Counted from the first letter of the stretch, positions 8,507-19,194 are shown. The stretch: 64,000 bases of DNA from an uncultured Gammaproteobacteria bacterium (GCA_964609155.1 CAZSRF010000007.1:839-64838), one strand, 5' to 3'. The notes: a model not told the origin generated them from the letters alone. Numbers and translations are program-made.

Positions 8507-9558
8507 ATAGAACTAGGCCATAAAGCAACAACAGATCTAACCAAAATAGCCATTGGGATAGCAAAAACCACCCCCCAAAAACCTAAAACACCACCAGACA
8601 ATATTATCGACAAAATAATGGCTATAGAACTCATATTTAATGCCTTAGACAATAAAACTGGCACTAAAATATAGCCATCAATCAAATGAATGGCTGCATG
8701 GACCATCATAAGTTGAATAAAATAGTATCCCAACCCCATTTGAAATAAACCTACAATAGCAATAGGAACAGTCACTATAGTAGCGCCTATATAAGGGAAA
8801 AATACAGAAATACCAACTAGAACACTTAGCAACGCATTATATTGTAAATTATAGTAGCGAAATGCAAAATAGGTTACAACGCCAATTATTATAGCTTCTA
8901 GAAATTTTCCTCGAATATAATTGCCTACTCCTATGTGAGCATCATCAAGAACACGATAAATTAAGCTGCTTTCTTCTGGCATAAATGAATCAGCTTGATG
9001 AATTAATTTTTCTTTATCTTTAAGCAACAAGAAAACTAATACTGGAACAAGAACTAAATACAAAATAATAGTCATTATATTACTTATTGATGCTATTGAT
9101 AGCGACAGAAGATACTTCCCTGCACTGGTACCTGAATTTTTTATATTATCAACAAATTCTATTAGTTGATTATCATTAAAAATAGTAGGATATTCTTTTT
9201 GTATGGCAACCAACAACTTTTTGCCCTCTGTAAACATATCCGGAAGAGTATTTAGTAAAGATAACAATTGAAGCTTTAATACAGGAACGACCCCCAGGAT
9301 AACCAGAACCACTGTTGTAATAAAACATACAAAAATTATTGAAACTGATAATAACCGTGGTACTCTCATTTTAGATAACCAGGCTACTGGCCATTCCAAA
9401 AGATAGGCCATAACTAAAGCAATTAATAGCGGTAACAGAATACTGCCTAATGAGAACAAAAGAATGGACATAATCACAATGAAGACCAGAAGTGCAACTA
9501 CTTCAGGATCCCCTAAATGACGTTTATACCATTTTTTAAAGAAGCCTGGAACTGACAT
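8503..9558 (-). CDS. AI-2E family transporter (PerM/YhhT-like permease)
   Basis: 351 aa and about 8 TM segments. The central loop with GNYIRGKFLEAIIIGV and the C-terminal FWGVVFAIPMA are typical of the family. Confidence 0.85.
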   Translation of the reverse strand: MSVPGFFKKWYKRHLGDPEVVALLVFIVIMSILLFSLGSILLPLLIALVMAYLLEWPVAWLSKMRVPRLLSVSIIFVCFITTVVLVILGVVPVLKLQLLSLLNTLPDMFTEGKKLLVAIQKEYPTIFNDNQLIEFVDNIKNSGTSAGKYLLSLSIASISNIMTIILYLVLVPVLVFLLLKDKEKLIHQADSFMPEESSLIYRVLDDAHIGVGNYIRGKFLEAIIIGVVTYFAFRYYNLQYNALLSVLVGISVFFPYIGATIVTVPIAIVGLFQMGLGYYFIQLMMVHAAIHLIDGYILVPVLLSKALNMSSIAIILSIILSGGVLGFWGVVFAIPMAILVRSVVALWPSSI

Positions 9559-9630
9559 AGCTACACCCAGTAATAGTAATAATATTAGATATTAAGTAAG
9601 TTACATATTTACATCAACTTTAATATATTA

Positions 9631-10572
9631 TCACTTATTACTATCAACCGAAAGTTCTTTTTCTTCTTCACTATTGTAAAGTGGCTGATAAAATTTATGT
9701 GAAAACTCAACTAATTCTTTAACATTTAACACTGGAAACTTTTGCTTTTTATAAACAAACGATAATGTATTAGTAAATGATGGCGTCAAGTGCAGTGTTT
9801 TAAGACGGTTAGTTTCGATGTCTTTTGCAACTGAACTATGAGGCAAAACTGATACTCCCAATCCACTTTCAACCGCATTCTTAATAGCCTCTATACTTCC
9901 TAGTTCCATTAAAATATTTAGTTTATCGTAATTCAATCCGTTAGCAATTAAATATTTAGTGAAATCTGTATGAATACCCGAACCCTGCTCTAGTAAAACT
10001 AAAGGTTGAGTAATCAATTGATTGATATCTATGTTATTGCCTTGCGCTAGCGGATGGGAAGGACTACAAACAGCAACCATTTCATCATAGGTTATTTTTT
10101 CTGTTCCAATCATCTTGTTATCTAACTCTGTATCTATAACTCCAATATCAATAATGCTATTTTCAACCATAGAAGCAATACTGCCTGTATGCGACAATTT
10201 AAGCTGAATATTTACTTCAGGAAAATCTTTCTTAAATGCTACTAATAATTTAGGCAGGACATAGTCTCCTATAGCAATGGTGGCTCCTAAACGCAGAGTC
10301 CCAGATACATTACCAGTGACCTCCCGTATTGAATTCTCCATTTCACGATAGAGATCAAAAAGCTTTTCAGAATACTCATACATTCTTCTTCCAGCTTCTG
10401 TAAGATTGATTTTATTATGTGATCTATCAAACAACCTGGCATTAAAGGTCTCTTCCAACTGTCTTATCTGAAATGTTACAGCCGGTTGAGTCATTTGTAA
10501 AACTTCAGCAGCTTTTGTAAAACTAAGTAATTTTGCCACCGTATGAAAAACTTGCAATCGCTTATCGGCCAT
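9631..10572 (-). CDS. LysR-family transcriptional regulator
   Basis: N-terminal HTH (FHTVAKLLSFTKAAEVLQMTQPAVTFQIRQLEE) plus a LysR substrate-binding domain. Confidence 0.9.
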   Translation of the reverse strand: MADKRLQVFHTVAKLLSFTKAAEVLQMTQPAVTFQIRQLEETFNARLFDRSHNKINLTEAGRRMYEYSEKLFDLYREMENSIREVTGNVSGTLRLGATIAIGDYVLPKLLVAFKKDFPEVNIQLKLSHTGSIASMVENSIIDIGVIDTELDNKMIGTEKITYDEMVAVCSPSHPLAQGNNIDINQLITQPLVLLEQGSGIHTDFTKYLIANGLNYDKLNILMELGSIEAIKNAVESGLGVSVLPHSSVAKDIETNRLKTLHLTPSFTNTLSFVYKKQKFPVLNVKELVEFSHKFYQPLYNSEEEKELSVDSNK

Positions 10573-10809
10573 AGTCTTTATCCTTACTCATCTTTGATAT
10601 TATTATAATTGTCTATACTTTAGATTATAGTAAGAATTTTTAAATTAAGTATGATTATCAGGGCATCAATGTAATTTTTTTACAAATTTATAAATCTTAA
10701 TAACTAACTCAAGATATCAAGCAATATCAATAGCATCAGATATTTGGTTCTTTTGTGAGAAACAACTATAATAGCGATACTAGAAAATAAAAATAATAAT
10801 AATAGTCAA

Positions 10810-12294
10810 ATGCCTCCTTTTTCAAAAAAAATACTCATTCTCTTAAGTGTTATCATTAGTATACAGGTGCAATCTTACAATTTACCCGACATTGGTAACT
10901 CTTCTGCTATTTCTTTGTCATATAAAGACGAACGCATTCTAGGAGAGCATATCTATGTAGATGTTCAAAGAGAGTTACCCTTGATTAATGACCCACTTAT
11001 CGAAGCGTACATTCAAAACTTGGGTACCAAACTATTAAATAGTAGCAACAAGCATTATGAAGACTTTCATTTCTTTATCGTCGATAGCACGCAAATCAAT
11101 GCGTTTGCACTTCCTGGAGGATATATAGGTGTTAATCGAGGTTTAATAACTGCAGCAGAAGATGAAAGCGAATTGGCTGCCGTTCTGGCTCATGAAATAA
11201 CCCATGTAAATCAACGTCATATAGCAAGAAGTTTTGAAAAGCAACAACAATTACAACTACCCATGATTGCTGGTGTCATAGCTGGAGCTCTAGTCTCCGC
11301 CTACAATCCTTATGCTGGCCAATCTTTGATAGCTGGATCTATGGCTGCTGGTAATCAAGCCTTAATAAATTACACTAGAAGCAATGAAGAAGAAGCAGAC
11401 CGAATAGGTATGTCAGTGTTAGTAAAAAGCGGTTATTCGCCTTATAGTATGGGATCATTTTTTAATAAACTACAACGCGGCTCGTACGCCGATAAAGACA
11501 GTTTTCCAGAATATTTAAGAACTCACCCAGTAACCGATAATCGTATCTCTGATGCAAATAGCCGTGCTGATGAGATCTTTATCGGCAAAAATAAAAATCG
11601 AAATAAATCTCAAATGAAACTAACTCTTCAACAAGTACCAACTGTCTCCAACCAAAATGAAGACGAAATTAATTTTGTGCTTATCAAAAGCTTACTTAAC
11701 TATAATAAGAATAATAATTTACGCGCGTTTAAATATAGCGAAGATACCGGTGCCCAGCAATTTGCTATGGGGTATCATTTATTAAGAAGCAATAATTTTC
11801 AAGAAGCCAATGGTATTTTTAAAAATTTACATGCTAAATTTCCTAAAAATACAACTATTACTTCTTTATATGCTGAAACGATGAATAAAGATCCAAAAGC
11901 CGCGCTATCACTATTAGCTGAACAATTAAAATTTACCCCCAATAACACTACAATTAGCTTACAATATGCAAGACTAGCTTTGGCAAATAATCAAATTCAA
12001 GAAAGCATAGATATACTAAAAAAAATAACGAAATCTTCTAATAGTTATCCACCCACCGTCAATCTTTTACTAGCTGAGTGTTACAACAAATTAAATCAAA
12101 AATGGCAAGCTAATATCGCTTATGCCGATTACTCTATCCAGAAAGGTGATTTATCAGCGGCCATTATGCAGTTAAAATCTACAAATAAGTTTGATAAACT
12201 TACAAACTATCAACAGAAAATAACTGATTATAAAATTCAACAATTAGAAGAACGATACAAAGAACGTCAAGAACAATTAAAAGCATGGCTATAG
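10810..12294 (+). CDS. bepA: Periplasmic M48 metalloprotease with TPR domain (BepA/YfgC-like)
   Basis: Signal peptide, HEITHVNQRH zinc motif, downstream EEEADRIG, and a C-terminal TPR-like region. Size is about that of E. coli BepA. Confidence 0.8.
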   Translation: MPPFSKKILILLSVIISIQVQSYNLPDIGNSSAISLSYKDERILGEHIYVDVQRELPLINDPLIEAYIQNLGTKLLNSSNKHYEDFHFFIVDSTQINAFALPGGYIGVNRGLITAAEDESELAAVLAHEITHVNQRHIARSFEKQQQLQLPMIAGVIAGALVSAYNPYAGQSLIAGSMAAGNQALINYTRSNEEEADRIGMSVLVKSGYSPYSMGSFFNKLQRGSYADKDSFPEYLRTHPVTDNRISDANSRADEIFIGKNKNRNKSQMKLTLQQVPTVSNQNEDEINFVLIKSLLNYNKNNNLRAFKYSEDTGAQQFAMGYHLLRSNNFQEANGIFKNLHAKFPKNTTITSLYAETMNKDPKAALSLLAEQLKFTPNNTTISLQYARLALANNQIQESIDILKKITKSSNSYPPTVNLLLAECYNKLNQKWQANIAYADYSIQKGDLSAAIMQLKSTNKFDKLTNYQQKITDYKIQQLEERYKERQEQLKAWL

Positions 12295-12314
12295 ATTACA
12301 GATACCACTACTCT

Positions 12315-13031
12315 TTAGACCTGCCAGTCTATAACTTCTTGATTATGACTCCGTAAATATTTATTAATAGTAGAAAAATGTTTACACCCAAAAAAACCTC
12401 TATAAGATGACAACGGTGACGGATGCGCTGAAGTCAAAACTAAATGTTTATTTGTATCTATTAAATTAATCTTTGCTTTGGCTGGCGAACCCCACAATAC
12501 AAAAATTAATTTATTTTTATCATGACTCAATATCTTAATTATACTATCTGTGAACATCTCCCAACCCTGGTTGCGGTGTGAGAAAGCCTGATTTGCTCTT
12601 ACTGTCAGCACGGTATTTAATAGTAACACACCCTGTGTTGCCCAATGAGTTAAATTACCATGTTTAGGAATAATAAATTTCTCACCATTACTATTAAGAT
12701 CATCAGCAAGTTCTTTATATATATTTACTAAAGACGGTGGTGATGCAATGCCATTTGGCACGGAAAAAGCTAACCCATGTGCCTGCCCAACCCCATGATA
12801 GGGATCTTGCCCTAAAATAACAACTTTTACTTTATCGAACGGTGTAGTATTTAACGCATTAAAAGTTAAATTATTTGGAGGATAGATAGTTTGACCATCT
12901 TTTTTTTCTTTAACTAGAAATTCTTTTAGATTTGCCATAAACGGCTGATTAAAAACATGTTCTAATTTTTTTTGCCAGGATATATCTAAATTTTTCACCA
13001 TATCATGCCATATAGAGTAAGTAGTAGACAA
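12315..13031 (-). CDS. ung: Uracil-DNA glycosylase
   Basis: Motifs VVILGQDPYHG, GLAFSV, LLLNTVLTV and HPSPLS. The start is TTG, and the N-terminus aligns with E. coli Ung (TWHD). Confidence 0.93.
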   Translation of the reverse strand: MSTTYSIWHDMVKNLDISWQKKLEHVFNQPFMANLKEFLVKEKKDGQTIYPPNNLTFNALNTTPFDKVKVVILGQDPYHGVGQAHGLAFSVPNGIASPPSLVNIYKELADDLNSNGEKFIIPKHGNLTHWATQGVLLLNTVLTVRANQAFSHRNQGWEMFTDSIIKILSHDKNKLIFVLWGSPAKAKINLIDTNKHLVLTSAHPSPLSSYRGFFGCKHFSTINKYLRSHNQEVIDWQV

Positions 13032-13061
13032 CAGAACTTACTCATAATAGTACTATGGAGT

Positions 13062-14732
13062 CTAATAGATAGTCAAAGGAGAAATCATTTCACCGCAAAC
13101 GTTTGATTGAGCTAGTGGAGCATCACTTTCTAATGGTATTGGTAATGGCTTTTGTTGAAATTTATAACAATGATAAGTTCGCATAGGTTTCACTGCGGCA
13201 GCCACATCTACTCCTGGTGCAACAGAATCTGCTACTCCAGCTACTCTAACTACTCTAACTACTCTAAGAGACGCTGGATAGTCTGAAGCATCAGGTAAAG
13301 GGCTAAATGCATCAATAGACGCTTTGCTGTTAGCAGTAAAAGACGCAGTATAAATTAGACCAAAAGCTAAATACTTTAAAACCCACACACTAGTTAACAA
13401 CGCCGAAACACCTGTCGCTACTCCCGTTGCATTACCTATGCAAAATAGTACCAACACACCTATAATTGTGTAGTTTATAATATTATTATACCATCTCTTA
13501 CTACCTAAATTTAAAGGATCTGTCGACGACTCAGCTTTCGTTCTATCTGCCGTCCCACTAAAGTATCTGTAGATGGTGTTTTTAATTGTGCCTAAAAACT
13601 GATATAAATTTTTGCCGTAAAATATACCATTTAAGCAACCAAGAACACTTATTATACCTGCTGATATTTGACTGGTAGTGATGCCAAAACCAAATAAACT
13701 TGTTAGTAATTGAAAAGATTCATTATAAAACCAAAGCTGAGCAAAAATAATCGCCGCTGCTGATAAACTAAGAGAAATCAAATCTGAGAAACCTAATTTC
13801 TTCCAACCAGATTCTGCAAAGAATTTTTTAAAACTTAAATAAGTCTTGTAACAAATTGGCTTAAATAATGCTATATTGGCCAAAGCAGTAACCGTTGCAA
13901 AAAATACTGATGCGATAAATAACAAGGGCAATGATGCTGACATAACAGCAGCAGCGGAACCTAAGCCATAGATCAGCATCCCAGCTGGCACATAAATAGA
14001 ATTAAATAAAAGTATTCCCATCGCTACACCAGCGAATACAGTAATAAAATTTAGGACCTGTTCTTCAAAAGAATTTATTTTAGGTTTTTTTGCTGCTTTT
14101 TTCTCTGATTTAAAAAAATTTTTTATAAATGAATAAATATCATTTTTATACAAAAAATAACTTACACAAAAAGCAGATAAACCAAAAACTGCCACATTAA
14201 ATAATGTAAAAACTCCATAACCATAAACTGCTAAAGCTCCTTCTGGAAAGGCCACTAAGAAAGCCAAAGCGAAAGCTAAATATCCAAAAAAATCTTTAAA
14301 ACGACGACGGGAAATTCTTTCTTTTTTTAGATTATTATACTCATTCCATGTGAATTCTTTAGACAAATCATGCCTACTAATTAGATAATTAAGATTGTGT
14401 GCATCAAGATATCTATTGATAGCAACTTTGATTTTTTTTAAACCAGGATCTTTGTGATCACTAGTTACACTGTGCTTTATAAATGTCTGTAATAAAATAT
14501 TGGCAAAACCGTCCTGGGTTAAATCTTTGGCGTGTTCGCAGCAAGCAGTTTGCAAGTCCTCTATAAACTTGTAACGCTTGGTATTTATGGCACATTCAAG
14601 TATATCTAAAAGATTTGCGTCGTAGTAACCACTAAAAAAAGGAATTTTGTTGAGTTTACTTTTTACATAATAACCTAAAGCGCTTGATTCGGTTATTATC
14701 CTAATAGTTCTTAATTCTCTTTCTACACTCAT
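13062..14732 (-). CDS. Hypothetical polytopic membrane protein (556 aa) with soluble N-terminal ~150 aa
   Basis: About 10 hydrophobic segments after a charged N-domain. The C-terminal tail carries VRV repeats and a Pro/acidic stretch. I recognise no family. Confidence 0.55.
   Translation of the reverse strand: MSVERELRTIRIITESSALGYYVKSKLNKIPFFSGYYDANLLDILECAINTKRYKFIEDLQTACCEHAKDLTQDGFANILLQTFIKHSVTSDHKDPGLKKIKVAINRYLDAHNLNYLISRHDLSKEFTWNEYNNLKKERISRRRFKDFFGYLAFALAFLVAFPEGALAVYGYGVFTLFNVAVFGLSAFCVSYFLYKNDIYSFIKNFFKSEKKAAKKPKINSFEEQVLNFITVFAGVAMGILLFNSIYVPAGMLIYGLGSAAAVMSASLPLLFIASVFFATVTALANIALFKPICYKTYLSFKKFFAESGWKKLGFSDLISLSLSAAAIIFAQLWFYNESFQLLTSLFGFGITTSQISAGIISVLGCLNGIFYGKNLYQFLGTIKNTIYRYFSGTADRTKAESSTDPLNLGSKRWYNNIINYTIIGVLVLFCIGNATGVATGVSALLTSVWVLKYLAFGLIYTASFTANSKASIDAFSPLPDASDYPASLRVVRVVRVAGVADSVAPGVDVAAAVKPMRTYHCYKFQQKPLPIPLESDAPLAQSNVCGEMISPLTIY
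13241..13267. repeat. In-frame 9-bp tandem repeat x3 (ctactctaa), encoding (VRV)n
   Basis: Direct reading of 13241-13267, within the 3' part of the 556-aa ORF. Confidence 0.9.
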
Positions 14733-14854
14733 TACAGCTACCCACTATAAAACTTCTGTATGTCTGTTATAAAACTACGTTACAATACTATTGCATAGTT
14801 GTAAAGGGGTACAATAAATAAATTCAGCTTTTGAATTGTGAGTTTTCTACGCTT

Positions 14855-15943
14855 TTACCCACCCGGACTGATTTCAATAGCATCTATTGCCATTAATTTA
14901 TAGTACTCGTATGTCATGTAAAATTCACCATTATCCCCTGATGTACTACCCCATGAATTACGTATTTTTAATACTTGTTGCGCATCGTTATAACCTACTA
15001 CAATAACTTCATGACCACTAGCCTCATTATTCGCAATTTGTTCGTCTAATTCTTTAAAAAAGCTCTCAAGTCCTGTCTTACTAGTAGGCAAAGCCCATAA
15101 ACCAGAAGTTTTATTATTAATAGGATATCCATTAGCATACTCAATTTTTGAAGGGTTGATTAAAAACCCCATAGCGACTCTATTGCCGTTATTTAAAGCT
15201 TTTTTTAATTCTTCAATATTGCCACTCTCAATAAATTTCCAGTTGAAATCTTTCGACCATTGGCCATTGAAACTTAAATTTTTATATTCATCTGTTGATA
15301 ATTTTTTATTTTTAACTGGATATTTATTTAAACATTGTGCTTTAGCAATTACTCCGTGACTTTGAACTCGCGCTAATTGGCATTCAGCAAAATAGCCATC
15401 CCAACCCGATAAATTATTACATAAATCATATTCAATGTTATTAGGTATATAATAAGTGCTACTTAACTCTAATAAACACTGTTGACTCACAAAATCACCT
15501 GCTTGCTTCAAAGCATCTAAAGCTGCAGTAATAGCAAAAGTAACACAGGTTCCCAAAGATCCTTGATCTAAAACAGGTACATTAGCCATTTTTAGATCCA
15601 CATTGAAATTTGTGTCACTCACATAAGATGGGGTTCCCTGTGTACCAAAACTTAAATGCTCATCAATAATATTTTCCGCTTTGTTTATAATACGCTGTTG
15701 AGATTTTGGGCTGATCTCTATTGTAGATAGTCTAATAGTCTTATGTTGTTTAAAGTACTCTTTTGCAAAAACTAAATCTAATGGACTATTTTCTAACGAA
15801 ATGCTTACAGATGTAGTACCAATTACATTGATCTCTTCAGCAGCTATAGTAGTAGTCTGCGAAATAGCTATATTAGACGTTACAATAAAAAATGTAACTA
15901 TAGATAGTCCTAACCAGTAATTCATTAAGTTAAACATACCCAC
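14855..15943 (-). CDS. Papain-like (C1 family) cysteine peptidase, secreted or membrane-anchored
   Basis: Catalytic-site context QGSLGTCVTFAITAA (Cys), HEVIVVGYN (His) and NSWG (Asn/Trp), plus an N-terminal hydrophobic signal. The track start is GTG 15943, and ATG 15937 is an alternative. Confidence 0.8.
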   Translation of the reverse strand: MGMFNLMNYWLGLSIVTFFIVTSNIAISQTTTIAAEEINVIGTTSVSISLENSPLDLVFAKEYFKQHKTIRLSTIEISPKSQQRIINKAENIIDEHLSFGTQGTPSYVSDTNFNVDLKMANVPVLDQGSLGTCVTFAITAALDALKQAGDFVSQQCLLELSSTYYIPNNIEYDLCNNLSGWDGYFAECQLARVQSHGVIAKAQCLNKYPVKNKKLSTDEYKNLSFNGQWSKDFNWKFIESGNIEELKKALNNGNRVAMGFLINPSKIEYANGYPINNKTSGLWALPTSKTGLESFFKELDEQIANNEASGHEVIVVGYNDAQQVLKIRNSWGSTSGDNGEFYMTYEYYKLMAIDAIEISPGG

Positions 15944-16135
15944 CTCATCAAATCTCTAGAATGTAACTTACCACATGGGCTTAGTAAAGTAAACACCTTG
16001 TTGTAAACACGTTATTGACCTCCCTGTCTAAAATATATATAAGTTTAACTAGTTACCCTTAATTTACACTTAACGAAGCCTCTATCTCCTGATAAAATTT
16101 CCTAAATTAAATACATATAAGATCAAGGGGTTAAC

Positions 16136-17383
16136 ATGACTGCCAAAAATATTTTTTACGCTCAATCTGGCGGTGTTACAGCCGTTATTAATGCAACAGC
16201 CTGTGGGCTCATAGAAACAGCAAGGCAATTCCCTGAATTTTTTGGCAAAGTGTTAGTAGGTAAAAATGGCATTATTGGAGCTCTAAACGAACAACTTATT
16301 GATACTAGCCTTGAATCAAGCAACGATATCGCTAAGCTTAAATACACACCCGCAGGCGCTTTTGGATCATGCAGACACAAACTCCCCAATCCCAAACAAA
16401 ATATTGAACCTTATAAAAAGATCATAGAAGTCTTTAAAAAATATAATATTGGCTATTTTTTCTACAATGGCGGCGGTGATTCCCAAGACACTGCCCATAA
16501 AATATCCCAAATAAGCCGCGAGTTAGACTATGCTCTTGTTTGTATAGGTCTGCCTAAAACAATAGACAACGATCTACCTGCAACAGACACCTGCCCTGGG
16601 TTTGGCTCTGTTGCCAAATATGTCGCTGTTTCCATTCGTGAGGCCGGGCTTGATGTATTCTCTATGGCTGAAACATCTACTAAAATCTTTGTTATGGAAG
16701 TAATGGGTAGGCATACAGGTTGGATTGCCGCAGCGAGTGGTTTAGCAGCTGAATTAAAAAATCAAGCACCTCATATTATTTTATTGCCTGAAGTGCCTTT
16801 TGACCAAGACAGGTTTTTGGTCAAGGTTAAAGAATGCACTAAAGCGTATGGCCATTGTGCAATTGTTGTTTCTGAGGGTGTCAAAGATACAGATGGTAAT
16901 TTGCTGCAAAAAAGCGCCTTAACAGACTCTTTTGGCCATGCTCAGTTAGGTGGCATCGCACCTATCATAGCTAATATAGTTACAAAAAATTTAGGCTACA
17001 AAAATCATTGGGCCGTCTGTGATTACCTACAAAGAGCAGCACGCCATATAGCATCTAAAACTGATGTAGAACAAGCTTATGCACTTGGCAAGGCAGGTAT
17101 TGAACTAGCAATAAAAAACCTGAATGGTGTTATGTTGACTATCAAAAGAACCTCTAATAATCCTTATCAATGGGTCATCGACCATGTGCCCCTAGAAGCC
17201 GTTGCTAATCAAGAAAAACATCTTCCTAAAGAATACATCAGTGAAGATGGTTTTCATATAACTGCTCAATGTCGCGAATATTTAAGTCCTTTAATTCAAG
17301 GAGAAGACTACCCTCCATACAAGAATGGCTTACCGGATTACGTGCAGCTTAAAAATGAATTATTGACATTCCCACCTCCCTAA
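16136..17383 (+). CDS. 6-phosphofructokinase family enzyme (ATP- or PPi-dependent, ~415-aa class)
   Basis: Motifs SGGVTAVINA, NGGGDSQDTA, PKTIDNDL and MGRHTGW. The phosphoryl-donor specificity cannot be decided by eye. Confidence 0.85.
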   Translation: MTAKNIFYAQSGGVTAVINATACGLIETARQFPEFFGKVLVGKNGIIGALNEQLIDTSLESSNDIAKLKYTPAGAFGSCRHKLPNPKQNIEPYKKIIEVFKKYNIGYFFYNGGGDSQDTAHKISQISRELDYALVCIGLPKTIDNDLPATDTCPGFGSVAKYVAVSIREAGLDVFSMAETSTKIFVMEVMGRHTGWIAAASGLAAELKNQAPHIILLPEVPFDQDRFLVKVKECTKAYGHCAIVVSEGVKDTDGNLLQKSALTDSFGHAQLGGIAPIIANIVTKNLGYKNHWAVCDYLQRAARHIASKTDVEQAYALGKAGIELAIKNLNGVMLTIKRTSNNPYQWVIDHVPLEAVANQEKHLPKEYISEDGFHITAQCREYLSPLIQGEDYPPYKNGLPDYVQLKNELLTFPPP

Positions 17384-17445
17384 AAAGAGGTGATTCCCTG
17401 ATTATTGCATTAACGCCGCACTTATGCACTTACTTGCTCTGCAAG

Positions 17446-17487
17446 CCAACAGGACATGCTGCTCTTTCAATTGTTGGATTATTTTTT
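17446..17487 (+). terminator. Possible rho-independent terminator after the pfk-family gene
   Basis: ccaaca...tgttgg stem (large loop) followed by attattttttt. The stem is weak. Confidence 0.3.
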
Positions 17488-17552
17488 TAATACATTACAA
17501 GCGATTTGATGCCGATTATATTTTATTTTTAAATTTACGTCAAAGTCGAATT

Positions 17553-18542
17553 TTATTTTGCTCGCTCGTACCCCATTAACTGTAATATTCTATTTGTATT
17601 AATTAATAAATTTTCCGCCGTCACACCACGGCACTCACTTAAGAATTGCCGCCATAACCTTGCCCCTGGCTGATCTTTAAACAACCCCATAAAATGACGA
17701 GCCATTTTTATCCAGGCTGTACCATTATTTAATTCACTTAATATGTAAGGATACAATTGCTCTAAAATATCATCGCGAGAGATAAGATTATTTTTATAAA
17801 TTATTTGACTAATTGTGGCCAATAAATAAGGGTTCGCATAGGCTGCTCGGCCAATCATTACACCGTCAATATGCTCTAGACTTTGTGTAATTTGGTGTAT
17901 ATTTTCAAATCCGCCGTTAATAATAATTTTTAAATTTGGGAAATCTTTTTTGATTTGATAAACCCGCGAATAATCTAACTCTGGAATTTCGCGATTTTGT
18001 TTAGGGTTAAGCCCTGATAACCAAGCTTTACGAGCATGGATAATAAATTTTTTGCAACCTGCTTTATTTACTATCTCAATAAAACGATATAAAAACTCAT
18101 AACTGTCATGGTTATCTATGCCTATACGCGTTTTAACTGTTACAGGAATTGAAACTTCATCTTGCATAGCTTTAACACTGTCAGCAACTAATAGAGGTTC
18201 AGCCATTAAGCATGCCCCTATCTTTGCTTTTTGTACTCTATCACTTGGACAACCCACATTCAGATTAACTTCACAAAACCCATAATCTTGTGCAAGCTTT
18301 GCACCAAAAGCTAGGTCTTTAGGTACACTACCGCCTAACTGTATTGCAAGAGGATGTTCCGCAGGCGTGTATCGTAAAAACCGCTGTTTATCTCCATAAA
18401 TTAATGCATTAACAGTAATCATTTCTGTGTACAATTTTATATGAGGAGAAAATAGTCTTAAAAAATAACGACAATGCCGATCTGTTAGATCCATCATAGG
18501 GGCTACAGAAATTTCAGGAAAGATTTCAGATTGATCGTGCAT
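17553..18542 (-). CDS. dusA: tRNA-dihydrouridine(20/20a) synthase
   Basis: VAPMMDLTDRHCRYFLRL N-terminus typical of DusA, with TIM-barrel FMN motifs (NLNVGCP, KTRIG, HARKA). Confidence 0.9.
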   Translation of the reverse strand: MHDQSEIFPEISVAPMMDLTDRHCRYFLRLFSPHIKLYTEMITVNALIYGDKQRFLRYTPAEHPLAIQLGGSVPKDLAFGAKLAQDYGFCEVNLNVGCPSDRVQKAKIGACLMAEPLLVADSVKAMQDEVSIPVTVKTRIGIDNHDSYEFLYRFIEIVNKAGCKKFIIHARKAWLSGLNPKQNREIPELDYSRVYQIKKDFPNLKIIINGGFENIHQITQSLEHIDGVMIGRAAYANPYLLATISQIIYKNNLISRDDILEQLYPYILSELNNGTAWIKMARHFMGLFKDQPGARLWRQFLSECRGVTAENLLINTNRILQLMGYERAK

Positions 18543-18672
18543 ACTTATATTCTAATAAAGCCCAACTAGGGACACACAAACGACAAATATTTATGTTTTT
18601 ATGTTCGCAAATGTGGTGGTATTATATTACAATCTTGCAATAAAACCTATATTTAAGCTCTAGAGAATACCT

Positions 18673-19194
18673 ATGTTTGATAAAATACCTCCTGGAAAAA
18701 ATATTCCAGATGAAATCAATGTGATAATAGAAATTGCAGCTAATCAAAACCCTATAAAATACGAAGTTGATAAAGTTTCAGGGGCTATTTTCGTTGATCG
18801 CTTTATGAGCACTTGTATGCATTATCCTTGCAACTATGGTTATATACCCCAAACTCTGGCAGAAGACGGCGATCCTGCTGACGTCTTAGTTGTAACGCCT
18901 TTCCCTGTGATTCCAGGCTCAGTTATAAGATCTCGACCTATCGGCTGTTTAATGATGTCTGATGAGGCTGGTACTGATATAAAAATTTTAGCTGTCCCAA
19001 TAACAAAATTGTGCCCTATTTATGAAAAAATAGCAAATTACCTAGATATGCCTGACTTACTAATAAAACAAATCGAGCATTTTTTCACTCATTATAAAGA
19101 TCTTGAACCAAACAAATGGGTAAAAATTGAAGGTTGGCAAGATACAAACGCAGCAAAACAGGCAATTCTAAATGCAGTAAATAAATATGTGTAA
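18673..19194 (+). CDS. ppa: Inorganic pyrophosphatase (family I)
   Basis: Motifs [37 protein letters not shown] and [13 protein letters not shown]. Confidence 0.95.
   Translation: MFDKIPPGKNIPDEINVIIEIAANQNPIKYEVDKVSGAIFVDRFMSTCMHYPCNYGYIPQTLAEDGDPADVLVVTPFPVIPGSVIRSRPIGCLMMSDEAGTDIKILAVPITKLCPIYEKIANYLDMPDLLIKQIEHFFTHYKDLEPNKWVKIEGWQDTNAAKQAILNAVNKYV

Noticed and set aside
15156-16395. Antisense ORFs 15156-15359 and 16162-16395
   Set aside because: Both lie entirely within the C1 peptidase and PFK genes on the opposite strand, have low-complexity translations and show no motifs.
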